A stretch of DNA of 64,000 nt from assembly GCA_049999805.1 (NCBI GenBank), contig JBNGIO010006396.1, positions 1 to 64,000 on the forward strand, written 5' to 3'. The stretch is from Folioceros fuciformis. Its lineage: Eukaryota. Position 1 is the first letter of the stretch. Every line of letters starts with the position of its first letter. The translations under genes were made by a program, and so were the position numbers. The notes beneath the pieces were generated by a model. That model was not told the DNA's origin. It saw nothing but the letters and a program-made list of their open reading frames with translations, and did not search any database. Shown here one piece after another: positions 1-11,137 of this stretch.

Positions 1-783
1 TTGGATAGGAAGGTGAAGTTGAGGGCTTGCAATGATGGTCATATTTTTGAGATTGATGAAGTTGTGGCACAAGAGAGTGAGATTTTGAAGAATCTAATAG
101 AAGATGTGGGCATAGAAAGCATTATTCCACTTCCCAACATCAGCAAGAAAACATTGGAGAAGGTGCTTGACTATTGCAAGTTTCATGCGGAGGTGGTGCA
201 AAAGTCTAAGGACAATTTGATGATTGCCCAACATGATATCAAGGGATGGGATCAGGAGGAATTCATGATGGTGGATTGTGCTACCCTATTTCAGCTCCTT
301 TATGTGAGTGATCATCTAGCCCTTTTGCTCCATTAAATTTGATGCAAGACAATTGTCATAAGGCCATCGTGAACAATAGGAGTTAGTGCTTTTGCCTTGT
401 TAGATTTGCCATTTTGGTGGTTGTGTACTATGTGGTGTAGTTGATTGTTGCTCGCATGTTTTGGTTGGATTGTTTTGTGGCAACATTTAGTTGTTTTGCT
501 TTGCTTAATAGAGTTTAAGGGCTTACCATGCCCTCCTTGTTTGAGCAAACCAACAAAAGCATAAATTTGTTTAGCCAAATCGTAAACCTATGTTTGTGTT
601 GTGAAGCAGGCGGCTGATTATCTCAACATCAGCAAGCTATTCGATTTGATTTCCTACTCTATTGCAGATATGATGGAACATATGAGTCATCAACAGATTA
701 GGGAGTTATTCAAAATCGAGAATGACCTCACTCCGGAGGAGAAAGCGGAGATTCAGAGCAAGAATCCGTGGGCCTTCAATTAG
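1..783 (+). CDS. SKP1: SKP1-like protein (divergent), 5'-truncated by the window edge; exons <1..303 and 610..783
   Basis: POZ part (KVKLRACNDGHIFEID, IPLPNISKKTLEKVLDYCKFH) and dimerisation part (AADYLNI..LFDL, IRELFKIENDLTPEE..NPWAF) joined by a phase-0 GTGAGT..CAG intron at 304-609. Confidence 0.9.
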
Positions 784-2055
784 GAGTCTCATTCTAATGT
801 GTCCCGTATGCATTTAATTAAGGACTTTTCACTACTAGGTTTGGGTCTTGTTATTATGTTGTTTTGTTACAAGTTTGAAGTGGTGTAACACATTTTGTCT
901 CCCATGTTATGGTATTCTGAGCTACGTTAAACACTAGATAACTGTTGCACGAAGCTTATAACAAAGAGTTTGTTATGGGCCTACCCTTCGAGCAAAGATT
1001 CAATCTCAGGTTTAGCCAACTACGTCATCAACCAATCACAATCACATGCTCGCACCAATGGCAATTACAAAGATAAATGTGGGCTTAACCCAAAGTTTAC
1101 GACTAGCATAGGTAGCATACATTGGCATTGACACGGGTAAAGCGGTTGCTTGTATAGGTAACCTTGTAGTGTGCCAGCAACTCGGCACACCTAGGTATAG
1201 TATGTTGATAGACTGAAAGGAATGGAAGTTCTATTCTTTTCAGTCTACTTACACAAACATAACTCTAAAGACGAGTTCCTCTCATAACTCAACCTTACAC
1301 TAGCCCAACCATCTTGCTACCACCAATTGTGCATGTGGCTTCCACTATTTGGGCCAGACCTTGAATGTTGATGGTCCCACACTCACCTTCAGCTTGCAAC
1401 GATGGCCGTTATTGTCATCCAAGCATAGAGGGGCTCCCTACCTCCTATTCCATTTTCTCAGCCCCTCCACCGATGTCCTTGGCATAGCCCTTCTATCCAA
1501 GGGCAGAACAGCAAGAAGTGGGGATTTCTATTGTTCTCGGAAACTTGATGACCTGTTGCCGGCCTTGCAAACATTCTACCCTCATGTCTCTCATTCAGCA
1601 TTAGGCCCTTGTCTAATGTGTTCTCTTCCATGTCCTCCTTCCTATCAAACTCTTTAGCAGAGCAATTGGCAACGGCACTTAGGGTGACCGAAGCGCCAAC
1701 TAGTCGTCCTCATCTTTGTTTCCATTGGTTGCCTTTGTGCAGTCCGGTGAAAAATGTAGACACATAGTCCCCTCGTCTCTTAACGACCCAATACTCCCAC
1801 ATTTTGGAGAGGGGTCGTAGACACCCAAACTGACACTCTTCATCTGTAGGTTCAAGTCCAAATTTTTCTTCAAACTTTGTGAACCATCCTACGCGAGCAC
1901 ATTGGCCCCCAGTGTTTGGCCCTTCTCATATAGTTTTAAGAAATTGTGCTTGCATTGTAAGTTGGGCTTTTGATAGCAAACAATTTCCATGTTCGCATAG
2001 CTCCACTCACGCCCACCTAACCAACTCCTTGCAAACTTTGTCGTTTGTCAATTCT

Positions 2056-2637
2056 CTATTGTCGTGCACAAGCCTGCAGGGCTGCCACGAACACATGACC
2101 ATCTGGCTCTGCCCCTGACCTTCGCATCTGATGATACAGCTCAATGGCCTGCTTATTTTGCCCATGATTAGAGTAAGCAGGAATAACGGAGGACCACAGC
2201 AAGTCATCTGGCTTAGCAGCCATGGAGAACACATCCATCGCATCCTGCAACATGCCATGAGAAGCGTACATCCACAGGATATGGTTGCACAGCAAGGTGT
2301 CTGACTGGTACCCCTTATTCACCGTGGAAGCATGAACCCAACGACCCAGAGCAAGATCCCCCTTCAATACACATTTCCTCAACACAGTGTAAAAAACAAA
2401 CTTGGAAACGCAACAGTCCGTGTGCACCAGGGCTTCCAGCACCTTGACAGCCTCGCTAAGATAGCCCTGATGACATAGCTTCCTCACGGTTGCAGGCGTG
2501 GCGGCGGCCCTCTCGCATCCTGCACGCCTGCTAGGTCCACGATCGTCCGACAAATTCCAATACAACTTGCAGGCACGTCGAGGGATAAGACGAGCAGGAG
2601 ATCTCCATCCAGTTCCAATTAACCTAAAGACGGCCAT
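2056..2637 (-). pseudogene. 5' fragment of a PLS-class PPR gene (targeting-peptide-like N-terminus plus about 3.5 motifs), abruptly truncated
   Basis: TVRKLCHQG..EAV, GYQSDTLLCNHILWMYASHG, WSSVI, PDGHVFVAALQACAR closely match the N-termini of the PPR genes at 29.9 kb and 56.7 kb. Similarity stops mid L-motif at about 2062. Confidence 0.85.
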
Positions 2638-3380
2638 GGCTCTCTCCCAAGAGCACGCGTCCTCATTTTGCACGTTAGCAGCTCCTGTACGGTTTCAGCA
2701 CGAGCTCCAATGCAACCTTCACGAACACTGTATGCTAAGGTTTCTGTCAGACATGCCTTCGAGGGACGAGGTAAGCATGTGAGAACCAAGTGCGTGATCT
2801 ATGTGGTGCCCACACGGGATAGTTCGGAGAACTGCTAGGTTGGAGAAGGTATTCCCATGTACATATATTTTATAGATGTGTGTGAGCAAGGCGACCCGAT
2901 GGCGCATTGCGTGTAGAAACATCGGGCAAGGGTGGACATCGAGAGGATACCGGGAAACGACGCCGTCGCCGGTGTAGCCTACAAGCACACCGATCTCTCG
3001 GCACCTGTGCGGGTTTTGTCGTCAGATAGAGCGTTCTTTCCTGCCGTGATCTCTCGTCATTGCGTCCGATATAGAAAGCAAGTTGGATTAGCTAGGGTTT
3101 CGATGATCACAACACAAGACCATCCTTTTGTGTCCCTGGCCTTGCCATAGGATAAGTTGTTTAGGAACAAATTGTCAATGTTTGCCGGACAGCCGATTGG
3201 GAGCCAATCCGCGGCGATTTGCGGTTGGGGCCTGTATAGGTCTAAGATTGGGGCGCCGTCGGCAGGGTCGATGGATGAGCAGGTGTGCTTCATAGCGCTA
3301 CTGTGCTGGGTCCCGGTAGTAACCACCTGCTGCAATATGGCAGTGCACTCCGGGCACTTGGAGCGTGGAGAGAGGCAAAA

Positions 3381-3800
3381 GCCGGCCTAGCGTTGGCAAG
3401 GAGGATCTGCGACAGGGACGGACATTGGAGCCGGGGCATTCCCAACACTGTCATCAAGCGGGCCAACTTCATTGCGTCGCTGTGGGAGTACGCGACGTCC
3501 ATCCGCTTGCACCTGCACATCCTCAAGAACCTGTGCAAGCTCCCGCTCATGGCCTTCCCGAAGGATTATCCAGCCTATTCTACCCGCCAACAATTCATCG
3601 ACGACCTGGAGAAGTATGCCAGAAGGTCCCAGATCAACCTACACTTCCACGGGAGTGTTGTGTTCGCCGCCTTTGATTCCGGTATCGAGGTGTGGCGAGT
3701 GAGGACTTAGCCGGCAATGGAAGGCGGGAGGTGCTGCGGTTCTGGCATGGAACAGCAAGATGGAGATAGCGCTTGGGGCACGCTCAGGGATTCGCGAGCT
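3381..3800 (+). pseudogene. YUC: YUCCA/FMO-type flavin monooxygenase remnant
   Basis: AGLALA..RANFIASLWEYATSIRLHLHILKNLCKLPLMAFPKDYPAYSTRQQFIDDLEKYA..VWRVRT matches the YUCCA N-terminal region. The GAGPSG motif is broken and there is a stop at 3708-3710. A degenerate NADPH motif (WNSKMEIALG for GNSGMEIALD) follows at about 3748-3777. Confidence 0.8.
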
Positions 3801-4430
3801 TTCGGCCGTGGGGTCCGCTCCATGTGGACGTGGATTTCCTGGACGACAGGATGCGGGAGCGCGGGCTGTAGAGAACCCGATGGTCATTCATGGCCAACGT
3901 AGATGCTCTCTAAATTAACGTAGATGCTCTCTAAATTGTTAGTAAATATTGCAGCACGATGAGAAGGTGCTCCGCTAATTGTTAGTGGATAATAGGGGGC
4001 TTGGAGTCTAGCATTGTGTCAAGGAGATTGGCAAGGTCTGTGGCATGGGGAACCCAATATTTATATGAAATGGATATGTTATTACATATATTCTTAAATT
4101 TAAAATCAAGACTTACTATGTTTAGGAAGGCTACATATGCATGCTTAGACTATTAGTTTTAATATATTGAAAGCAAGACTTTCTGATTCTTTTATACACA
4201 TATACAAACGTTTATTGAGACTACATACGTTTGTCTATAGATCATAGTCCCATAAGCTTACCAGCTCCTTTCCGTCATAGGCTTTCCCAAGCCCTTAGCT
4301 CCGATTGAATTTGGTGTGCCTTGTAAAACTTAGACTTGTATGCCTATTGTCAAGTTTAATATTTAGTTGTGATAATCAAAATTTATTATTTAGCTATCAC
4401 AACCAAGTCAAGTATCTAGCTCTCATAGCC

Positions 4431-4483
4431 ATGGCTTTGGATAGGAAGGTGAAGTTGAGGGCTTGCAATGATGGTCATATTTT
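4431..4483 (+). pseudogene. SKP1: Duplicated 5' end of the SKP1-like gene (MALDRKVKLRACNDGHI), truncated
   Basis: 4437-4483 is identical to window positions 1-47, then switches abruptly to unrelated GC-rich sequence. Confidence 0.85.
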
Positions 4484-5011
4484 GCCGGTTCTGAAGGGCA
4501 CCACTGGAGTAGCGTTTCGTCTCGGTGAGTGCCCTTTAACATCCGGCACTTTTTTGGCTGGTGGGTGAGGCCCGTTGTTGATCAAACGATCAGACCCAGC
4601 GATGTGACGCATGTCCAGAAATTTGATCAGGGCACTTCGTTGCTGAGGACTGGTTATTCTATCTGGCTGGCTGAAACTCAGGAAGGGCCGTGTTGTGACT
4701 GATTGGTGTTCGTAGCAGCAGAGCTATTTTCTGGAACCCGATGCGTGGTTGGTGATAGCGGTTTTACAAGTCAGTGCGCAGGTCTCGGGACACAAGATCC
4801 CCGCGTTGCCTAGACTCGTACACGGTTGCAGACGGCGTCTAGAGAACAAATTGAAATGGCTCTCTCGTGCGAGTTCGTCAGCGCGACACAGTCAAACAGT
4901 ACCCTGCAAGGAACTGTGTTGTGTAGCTAGTTGTGCAAGGATGGATGGTGAAGGTCACATACAAACCTTGTTGACGACCAACAGGGGGGTGTGTTGGTTC
5001 AGCCAGCGTTG

Positions 5012-8000
5012 TCAGCTTCCGCGCTCCCACACCTTGTAGTCAGGCCCCTCCAGGGCAGCCTTCCAGTTGTGGCCCTGCGGCCAGAAGTCCCCAGGCCCGA
5101 TCTTGACGATAATGCGATCGTCGATGGAGGCAGCGTAAAACTCCTTCCTAGCCTCAAGAATGTGGACGTTGCTCTTGGACTGAATGTTGGCTTTCTTCCT
5201 CAAGGCGATGAGCCTTCGGATGGGCTCCCGCAGCTTAGGGTCCTTGATGTGGTCGTAGAAGATGGCCACATGGCCCGGGTGCGTGAGGATGTATGCATAG
5301 CCCTGCAGCTCTTTCCCGGCCGGAAAGCGCCAGTGGCCCTGCGTGGATCCCGTGTCGTGGTTGTCGATGAAGGTAACAGCCCGGGAGGACCACCATCCCA
5401 GCACCCCCGGGGGCTTGCGCTTGTCGTCCGTGAGGCGCCAGTACTCGCACCTCTCGATGGCCGCATGCAGAATGCCTTTGGTGGTGAAGTCGAAGGCGGC
5501 CGCCTTGTCCCCCGTGGCATTGATCCAGTTCACGATCCGTTGGCGGTGAGAGTTTTGGTTGAAATCAAGCTGCCCGTTGCTGTAGGACATGCAGTCCCAG
5601 AACTCCCCGACGACGAATTCGGGCTGGCTGGCATCGATGTATTCCTTCACATGCCCGCCCCAGAAGCCGCGGACGTAGTCGAACCTCCAGCCGTCGAAGC
5701 CCACCTCGGATTTCAGCCACTGCAGCCACTCGCAGAGATCCCGCCGGACGAAGTCCTGGGAGTGGTCGATGTTCGGGGCGGCGTGGAAGTTCTCCCCGCT
5801 ACTGTGGTTGCCCCTGCCTCTGAAGTTAGGATCGTCGGAGACAATCGCCCGGGCATCCCAGTTCATCTTCCCACCGTATACGTTCCAGATGCCCTCGCTG
5901 TCCTGCGCCTGCGCGCATCGGTGGTTCACCACGATGTCTGCCAGAACCAGGATGCCTACGCTGTGCAGCTTAGCGATGGCTTCCTTCAGGTCTGCCATGC
6001 TGCCGTACTTAGAGTCCAGGTTGTACAGGTCTGTTGGCATGTAACCCTGGGGAGCCACGGACTGGGATGGAGGGGGGAGCCAGATGGAAGTGAGCCCTAA
6101 TGCGACCAGGTCGTCTGCTTCGGCTGCGATGCTCTTATACCAGTTCTCTGATTTGTGGGACTCCCAGTTGAAGCCTTGGAGAAGAATCTGGGTCTCTGGT
6201 TCAGTCCGTTTGGGCTTACTGGGAAGCAGGGCTGGACTGGAAGGAGGGAGCATAGTTGGTGATGCAGGCGTGGGCTTGCTAGGGGCGTGGGTGGGAGTTA
6301 CTGCCTCTGTTCCCGTTCTTTCGCTTCTGAATCGCAGAATCTTGCTCCTGTGGACCTCTACTGGAAGTGGTGGGAACTCTTTGGTCTTAAGCTTTCAGGA
6401 AAGCAAAGGAAGGAACTCAGTGGTGTTAATGGAGTGCTACGCAGGTGGAAGATTCCCTGATTTGACAGCCATGGACCTCTAGAGCGCAATCCTTATTTGT
6501 GCGGTGGTGAGGATAAGACGATGCCATCCTTGGAGGGAGCCAGCAGCTGCTTGAATAGCAAGGCGGGAAACTAATGTTGGTGCTATAGAATAAGCTGCTG
6601 CTGTGATGGAAAAATGGAGACGTTGTCTTGTTGTGTCCTCCTGGAGAGCAAGAAAAAACATGGGTTGACGAAATCTCAAGTGCACGTGTGACCAAGTGCT
6701 GGGCTGAGGAGGAAGAAGCATACCTGTCTGTACTCTTTGATGAGCCTCCGCTTCTCAAGCCGATCAGGTGTAATTAATGATTGAACCACCCGGGTTTTGG
6801 TCTTCAAATGGAACTGCTTCAGGCCAGTGTAGGGTCTGGAGCTTGCCGACGCCCCGCCTGGCACGGTCATGTGCACAGATTTGGGCCCCTCGTTCTGATT
6901 TATCAAATTTATCGTCCGGTTGGGCAACACATCCGTATCCCGGATTGAACCAACATGTGTCATCCGGTCTGAACCAAAATCGCTGGCCTTGATCTCGCGG
7001 ATCCCCTCGAGTTGTCCTCCGAGGAAGACGGTTCCCGGTACAGATTGAGGCAGAGGAGTGACTAGCCTGTCAATCTTAGTCGTCGCCTCAGCTCCCTCAA
7101 CACTAGTCGCTAAGGTAGCATCTTCCACGATTTCTGTGAAGGCTGCGCTCGATTTCTGTGAAGGCTGCGCTGCCTTGTCCCCATCTTGTGGTGTCGCTGT
7201 CGCAAACGCTGCCTTCTCCCCATCTTGTGGTCCCAATGACACCCCCTGCACGAGCTCCTGAAGGGGTACCAGATTTGGAAATTCGAGTTGAGGAGTAGCG
7301 GACAGAGCTCTGGCCTCCTCCTCGTCTTCAAAAGCTGTCAGCATGACGGTTTCCAACCACTTCATCACTGTGTGGATAGTCACTCCTTTCTGCGTGAACT
7401 TGGTCCTCCTATTGGCAGGCATGAGGGAGAATCTCTTGCGCTTCACCCTGGAGCCCTTCGGCAGCCACTCACGCGGTGCGCATACCACGAAGGCAAAGTT
7501 GCCCCATGCATCGAACCCAGCAGAGCCTGGCATCCAGATGAGATTGTCTGGAGATGTGAATTGCAGTACATGCTGGTCAGCTTGTTGGATCTCGCCCTCC
7601 CCAGTAAACTTAGGTAGCCCGAGATCATCGCCCCTTATGTGCCCAAGAAGATGAACCTTCCCTCCTTTGGCGTAAGACCTCCCAGTTGCCTTCTTCAAGT
7701 CCATGGGAAGAGGGGTGAAGATAGGCAACCGGTCATCGCAGCACACCAGCGTCAGGTCCAGAGAATTGCTGGTAAGGAAGAACCTGGACCACAGGAACAC
7801 CAACGTTCATCAAGCCCTCACCACCATGCCCACATCAAGGTAGAAGAAATCCCACTTTTCAACTGCAAAACCTACCGTTGAGGATAAAGCTTGCGTCTGA
7901 AGGTGCAGTTGTGTAGAATGAAGGTGACCTCGCCGCCGATTGCATCTTTCCCTTCTGCCAGAGTGCTGTGGGTAGTGAGCACCAGAGCTTTATGCACCAG

Positions 8001-8159
8001 AATACAAGTGGCCTGCCCATGGATTGACTTGATCCCTTGGCCCTGCAACACCCCAAGGACGGAGTGCCAGCCCCGGACATACGCTTTGACATTGAACACC
8101 GCATCCTTGGCCCTGCACAGCTTTCCCAGACAACCCCAGGGAGACGTCGAGTCTGCCAT
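5012..8159 (-). CDS. Predicted fusion of an N-terminal trypsin-like (Trypsin_2-type) domain, a low-complexity linker and a GH13 alpha-amylase; exons 8159-7876, 7783-6724, 6391-5012 (~907 aa)
   Basis: Amylase motifs QILLQGFNWES, DIVVNHR, GWRFDYVRG, GEFWD and FIDNHDT are intact. Upstream exons carry LVLTTH, FFLTSNSLDLTLV and WMPGSAGFDAWGNFAF. Intron 7875-7784 is GTAGGT..CAG (phase 2). Intron 6723-6392 is GTATGC..pyrimidine tract..AAG (phase 0) and keeps the frame. The amylase domain itself is near certain; the fusion is inferred. Confidence 0.75.
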
Positions 8160-8983
8160 CGAGACAGCCCGGGGCTATAATCCACGAGGAGAGACCGTTC
8201 CCCTGGTCAATTACCTCCTCCAATTGGGCCCTCGTGCTGCATGGTTGGTCGCGTCCTGAACACACGATGAAACTGGGCTGCATGTCGTCAGGAGGAAGGA
8301 AGCTTGCCATCTCTGGCCCTCAAAACTTTGCCACTAGTTGACACAAAAATGCTGGCGATGACGAAGTGGATTGCTGCACCGCTCTGCACCTGCAGGCGAC
8401 GCCCACACTTGGGCACAAATTCAGCGATGGTACGCAAGACGAGCAACAAAATGACGGTGCCATCCTTCGAGTCGATCGCCGACGGCACAAACCAGCAGGT
8501 GAAAACACAAGTGCGCGGACAGGCGCGGAAGAGGAATCACGATAGGGTTTCTTCAAGGCCTTGTCCTTTAAAACTATTGATTTTAGTATAGCAGGTCAAA
8601 ATTAACGCCAGTTGTAGGCGAGAGTGTGTAAGAAGGGCGGTCTTCCAGGGGTCTGTGTTGCCCCCCAACTTGCAAAAGGGCCATGCAGAACATGCAGCAA
8701 CTTTCAGCACATGCAGTACCCTAGATAGTCATGGCATTCTTGGATAAGGCTGTTGCTTGATATTGGATCTGCCGAAAAAGATCGGCACGAGACCGTCAGC
8801 AATGGAAATTGCGATGCAACCAAAGACTTTGGCGGAGGACAGGCAAGAATTGTCTTTTCGAAGTCGCATCTCCGAAAGAAACAAGGGTCAAAAGAATGGA
8901 TCGACGCACCTGGACACCGCAGTTTCAGCTATGGTGGGCAACAACTACGGCGCACAGCCGGTCAGTCCCTTTGTGCCCGGTGA

Positions 8984-10501
8984 TCAATGGCCTGCTGAGT
9001 CATCGTCACCCTCAGATGATGATGACTTCGAGGTCATCAGGCTGAGTCCCGCACCTGTTGCGAGTATAGCAGCCACCACTCCAAGAGAGACCTCAGTTGG
9101 GACGTGAAGACCGAAATACTCTGCCACCAGCTTGGAGCCGATGAACCCGAGGACAGTGCCCACTGCAGGCTGCAGATACTCGAGCTCGGCCATGCTGGAG
9201 AAGATCACTGTGTAGAGCGATCTGAGGCCGAGAATTGCGAAGATGTTGGATGAGAAAACTATGAAAGGATCCCTTGTGACTCCGAGGACAGCTGGAATGG
9301 AATCTATAGCGAAGGCAACATCACTGAGCTCTAGTATGATGACTGTGAGTAGGAGAGGAGTAGCCCGTTGCACGCCGTCCACAGCAGTGAAGAACTTGTT
9401 CCCGTCGTAGGTCGGGGATACTGGGACGAGTTTCTGGCAAGTTTTCACTACAAAGTTGTCAGATAGGTCGTCGTCGTCATCACCCTCGTCCTTCCCAGCC
9501 AGGATCTTGTAAGCTGTGAACAACAAAATGCCTGCAAAAACAAGACTGACGCCCTCGAATCTCTGAACTGTGGCAACTCCAAGGCCTATCATGATTGCTC
9601 TGAACACAACAGCGCCAGCTAGCCCGTAAGTGAGTACACGGCTCTGAAATTGAACGGGGACTCGAAAGTAGTTGAAGATAAGGACAAACACAAACAAATT
9701 GTCCACCGAAAGGCTCTGTTCCAGAAGGTATCCGGCAAAGAACTCGGAAGCCTTCCCACTCCCCTCCCTCAAGGCAACAAGGCCCCCAAACGCAGCAGCA
9801 GATCCAAACCAGAAGGCAACCGTCTTCAAGGCAGATGCTGTATCCGACGCCGCTGTCTCTTGGGCAGGACCCGGATCCCCAATCTCCCCCACAGATGACA
9901 CAGTTTGCGCAGCCACCTCCACTGTCTCCGCCACAGCTTCAGCAGTGCTCTGCGCAACCACCTCAACTTTCTCCACAACAGCTTCAGCGGTGCTATGTGC
10001 CACCTCCGTCACAACCTCTACAGTGGATTGAACCAATTCTAATCCACTAGATGCAGCCTCCGTCACAATTCCAACTACTGTATGCACCGCACTTTCCTGC
10101 GCTTCACCTTCATGCGCATCATCTCCCTGTAAGTCACTTCCTTGCGCCTCCTTTCCCTGGACCGCACTTTCCGGCACAACATCCTCCGGCGGGCTGGAAT
10201 GAGGACTGGCAATCCCGTTCTCTCCTCGGTCGGGTCGACGTAACCGGGCAGAATTCTCCCTCCCCAATCCCTCTTCCGTCGCCACAGACGCCCTCCCCTC
10301 GTCATCTCTCAGGCAGAAAAGCGCCGAATCCTTCCCGCCAAACCGCGATCTAACATGCTGCCACCGGCAACTGCGCGGAGAAAGCGTCACCACGAAATCA
10401 GCACCAAACTCCCTCGCACACTGCCTCCTCCCCCTCTTCTCCCCCTGCCATACCGTCCCGAACCCCAGCCTAAGCAGGCAAAACGAACCCGCGGCGGCCA
10501 T
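8984..10501 (-). CDS. TERC: Thylakoid membrane protein TerC, intronless
   Basis: TerC motifs EFFAGYLLEQSLSVDNLFVF, ELSDVAFAIDSIPAV and SSNIFAILGLRSLY. Long transit-peptide-like N-terminus. First ATG at 10501. Confidence 0.93.
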   Translation of the reverse strand: MAAAGSFCLLRLGFGTVWQGEKRGRRQCAREFGADFVVTLSPRSCRWQHVRSRFGGKDSALFCLRDDEGRASVATEEGLGRENSARLRRPDRGENGIASPHSSPPEDVVPESAVQGKEAQGSDLQGDDAHEGEAQESAVHTVVGIVTEAASSGLELVQSTVEVVTEVAHSTAEAVVEKVEVVAQSTAEAVAETVEVAAQTVSSVGEIGDPGPAQETAASDTASALKTVAFWFGSAAAFGGLVALREGSGKASEFFAGYLLEQSLSVDNLFVFVLIFNYFRVPVQFQSRVLTYGLAGAVVFRAIMIGLGVATVQRFEGVSLVFAGILLFTAYKILAGKDEGDDDDDLSDNFVVKTCQKLVPVSPTYDGNKFFTAVDGVQRATPLLLTVIILELSDVAFAIDSIPAVLGVTRDPFIVFSSNIFAILGLRSLYTVIFSSMAELEYLQPAVGTVLGFIGSKLVAEYFGLHVPTEVSLGVVAAILATGAGLSLMTSKSSSSEGDDDSAGH

Positions 10502-10612
10502 CACCAGCTCCAGCAACAATGCAGCCTCCCTTCCACGTACAACACACCGCTTTCCACCGAACCCTAGCCTACATCACACAATCGCGCACTCCCCAACCCC
10601 GGCCTCTGGAGA

Positions 10613-11137
10613 TCAAAATCCAAGAAACCAATCCAAGCTCCGCACCATCGCTTTGGGGGACGAAGGCGGATAAGGCACCAAATCCTTCACATCCATGATC
10701 CGCAATACGTCCAGCAGCGTGGTAGGCGTGGCCCGCACCAGATGCTTCCTGCGGGCAAGCTCATGCGCGAGCTCGGCCTGGTGGTTGTCCATGAGCGCCT
10801 CATTCACCACCACCACCAGAGGCGCGCCGGCCCGCAACGCCTCGAACACACTCCCCGACCCTGCGTGGCTGATCACCAGGTCCGCCGCCCGAATGTGCTG
10901 CAAGATGTCGGGCGCAGGGGCGAAGGCGAAGAAGTCCACCGCCAAGTCCCCGCTCCTCCTCACCTGCTGCTGCCTGCGCGGGAGATAGGCACCGCGACCG
11001 AGCTGGATGACAAGCGAGGTGAAGCCGCGGGCCTGCAGCTCTGCTCGGAAGGCGGGCGCATCCACGGCTGCCACCAGTGCGTCGAAGGAAGTGGTTCCCA
11101 CGGTCACGAACACGCGGCGATCCTGTGCACCGCTCAT
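10613..11137 (-). CDS. ALG13: UDP-GlcNAc transferase subunit ALG13, intronless
   Basis: VFVTVGTTSFDALV, ADLVISHAGSGSVFEAL and VVVVNEALMDNHQAELA are the GT28-C/ALG13 signature; 174 aa. Confidence 0.95.
   Translation of the reverse strand: MSGAQDRRVFVTVGTTSFDALVAAVDAPAFRAELQARGFTSLVIQLGRGAYLPRRQQQVRRSGDLAVDFFAFAPAPDILQHIRAADLVISHAGSGSVFEALRAGAPLVVVVNEALMDNHQAELAHELARRKHLVRATPTTLLDVLRIMDVKDLVPYPPSSPKAMVRSLDWFLGF

Noticed and set aside
4991-6100. 369-aa plus-strand ORF
   Set aside because: Antisense shadow of the GC3-rich amylase exon, with no motifs.
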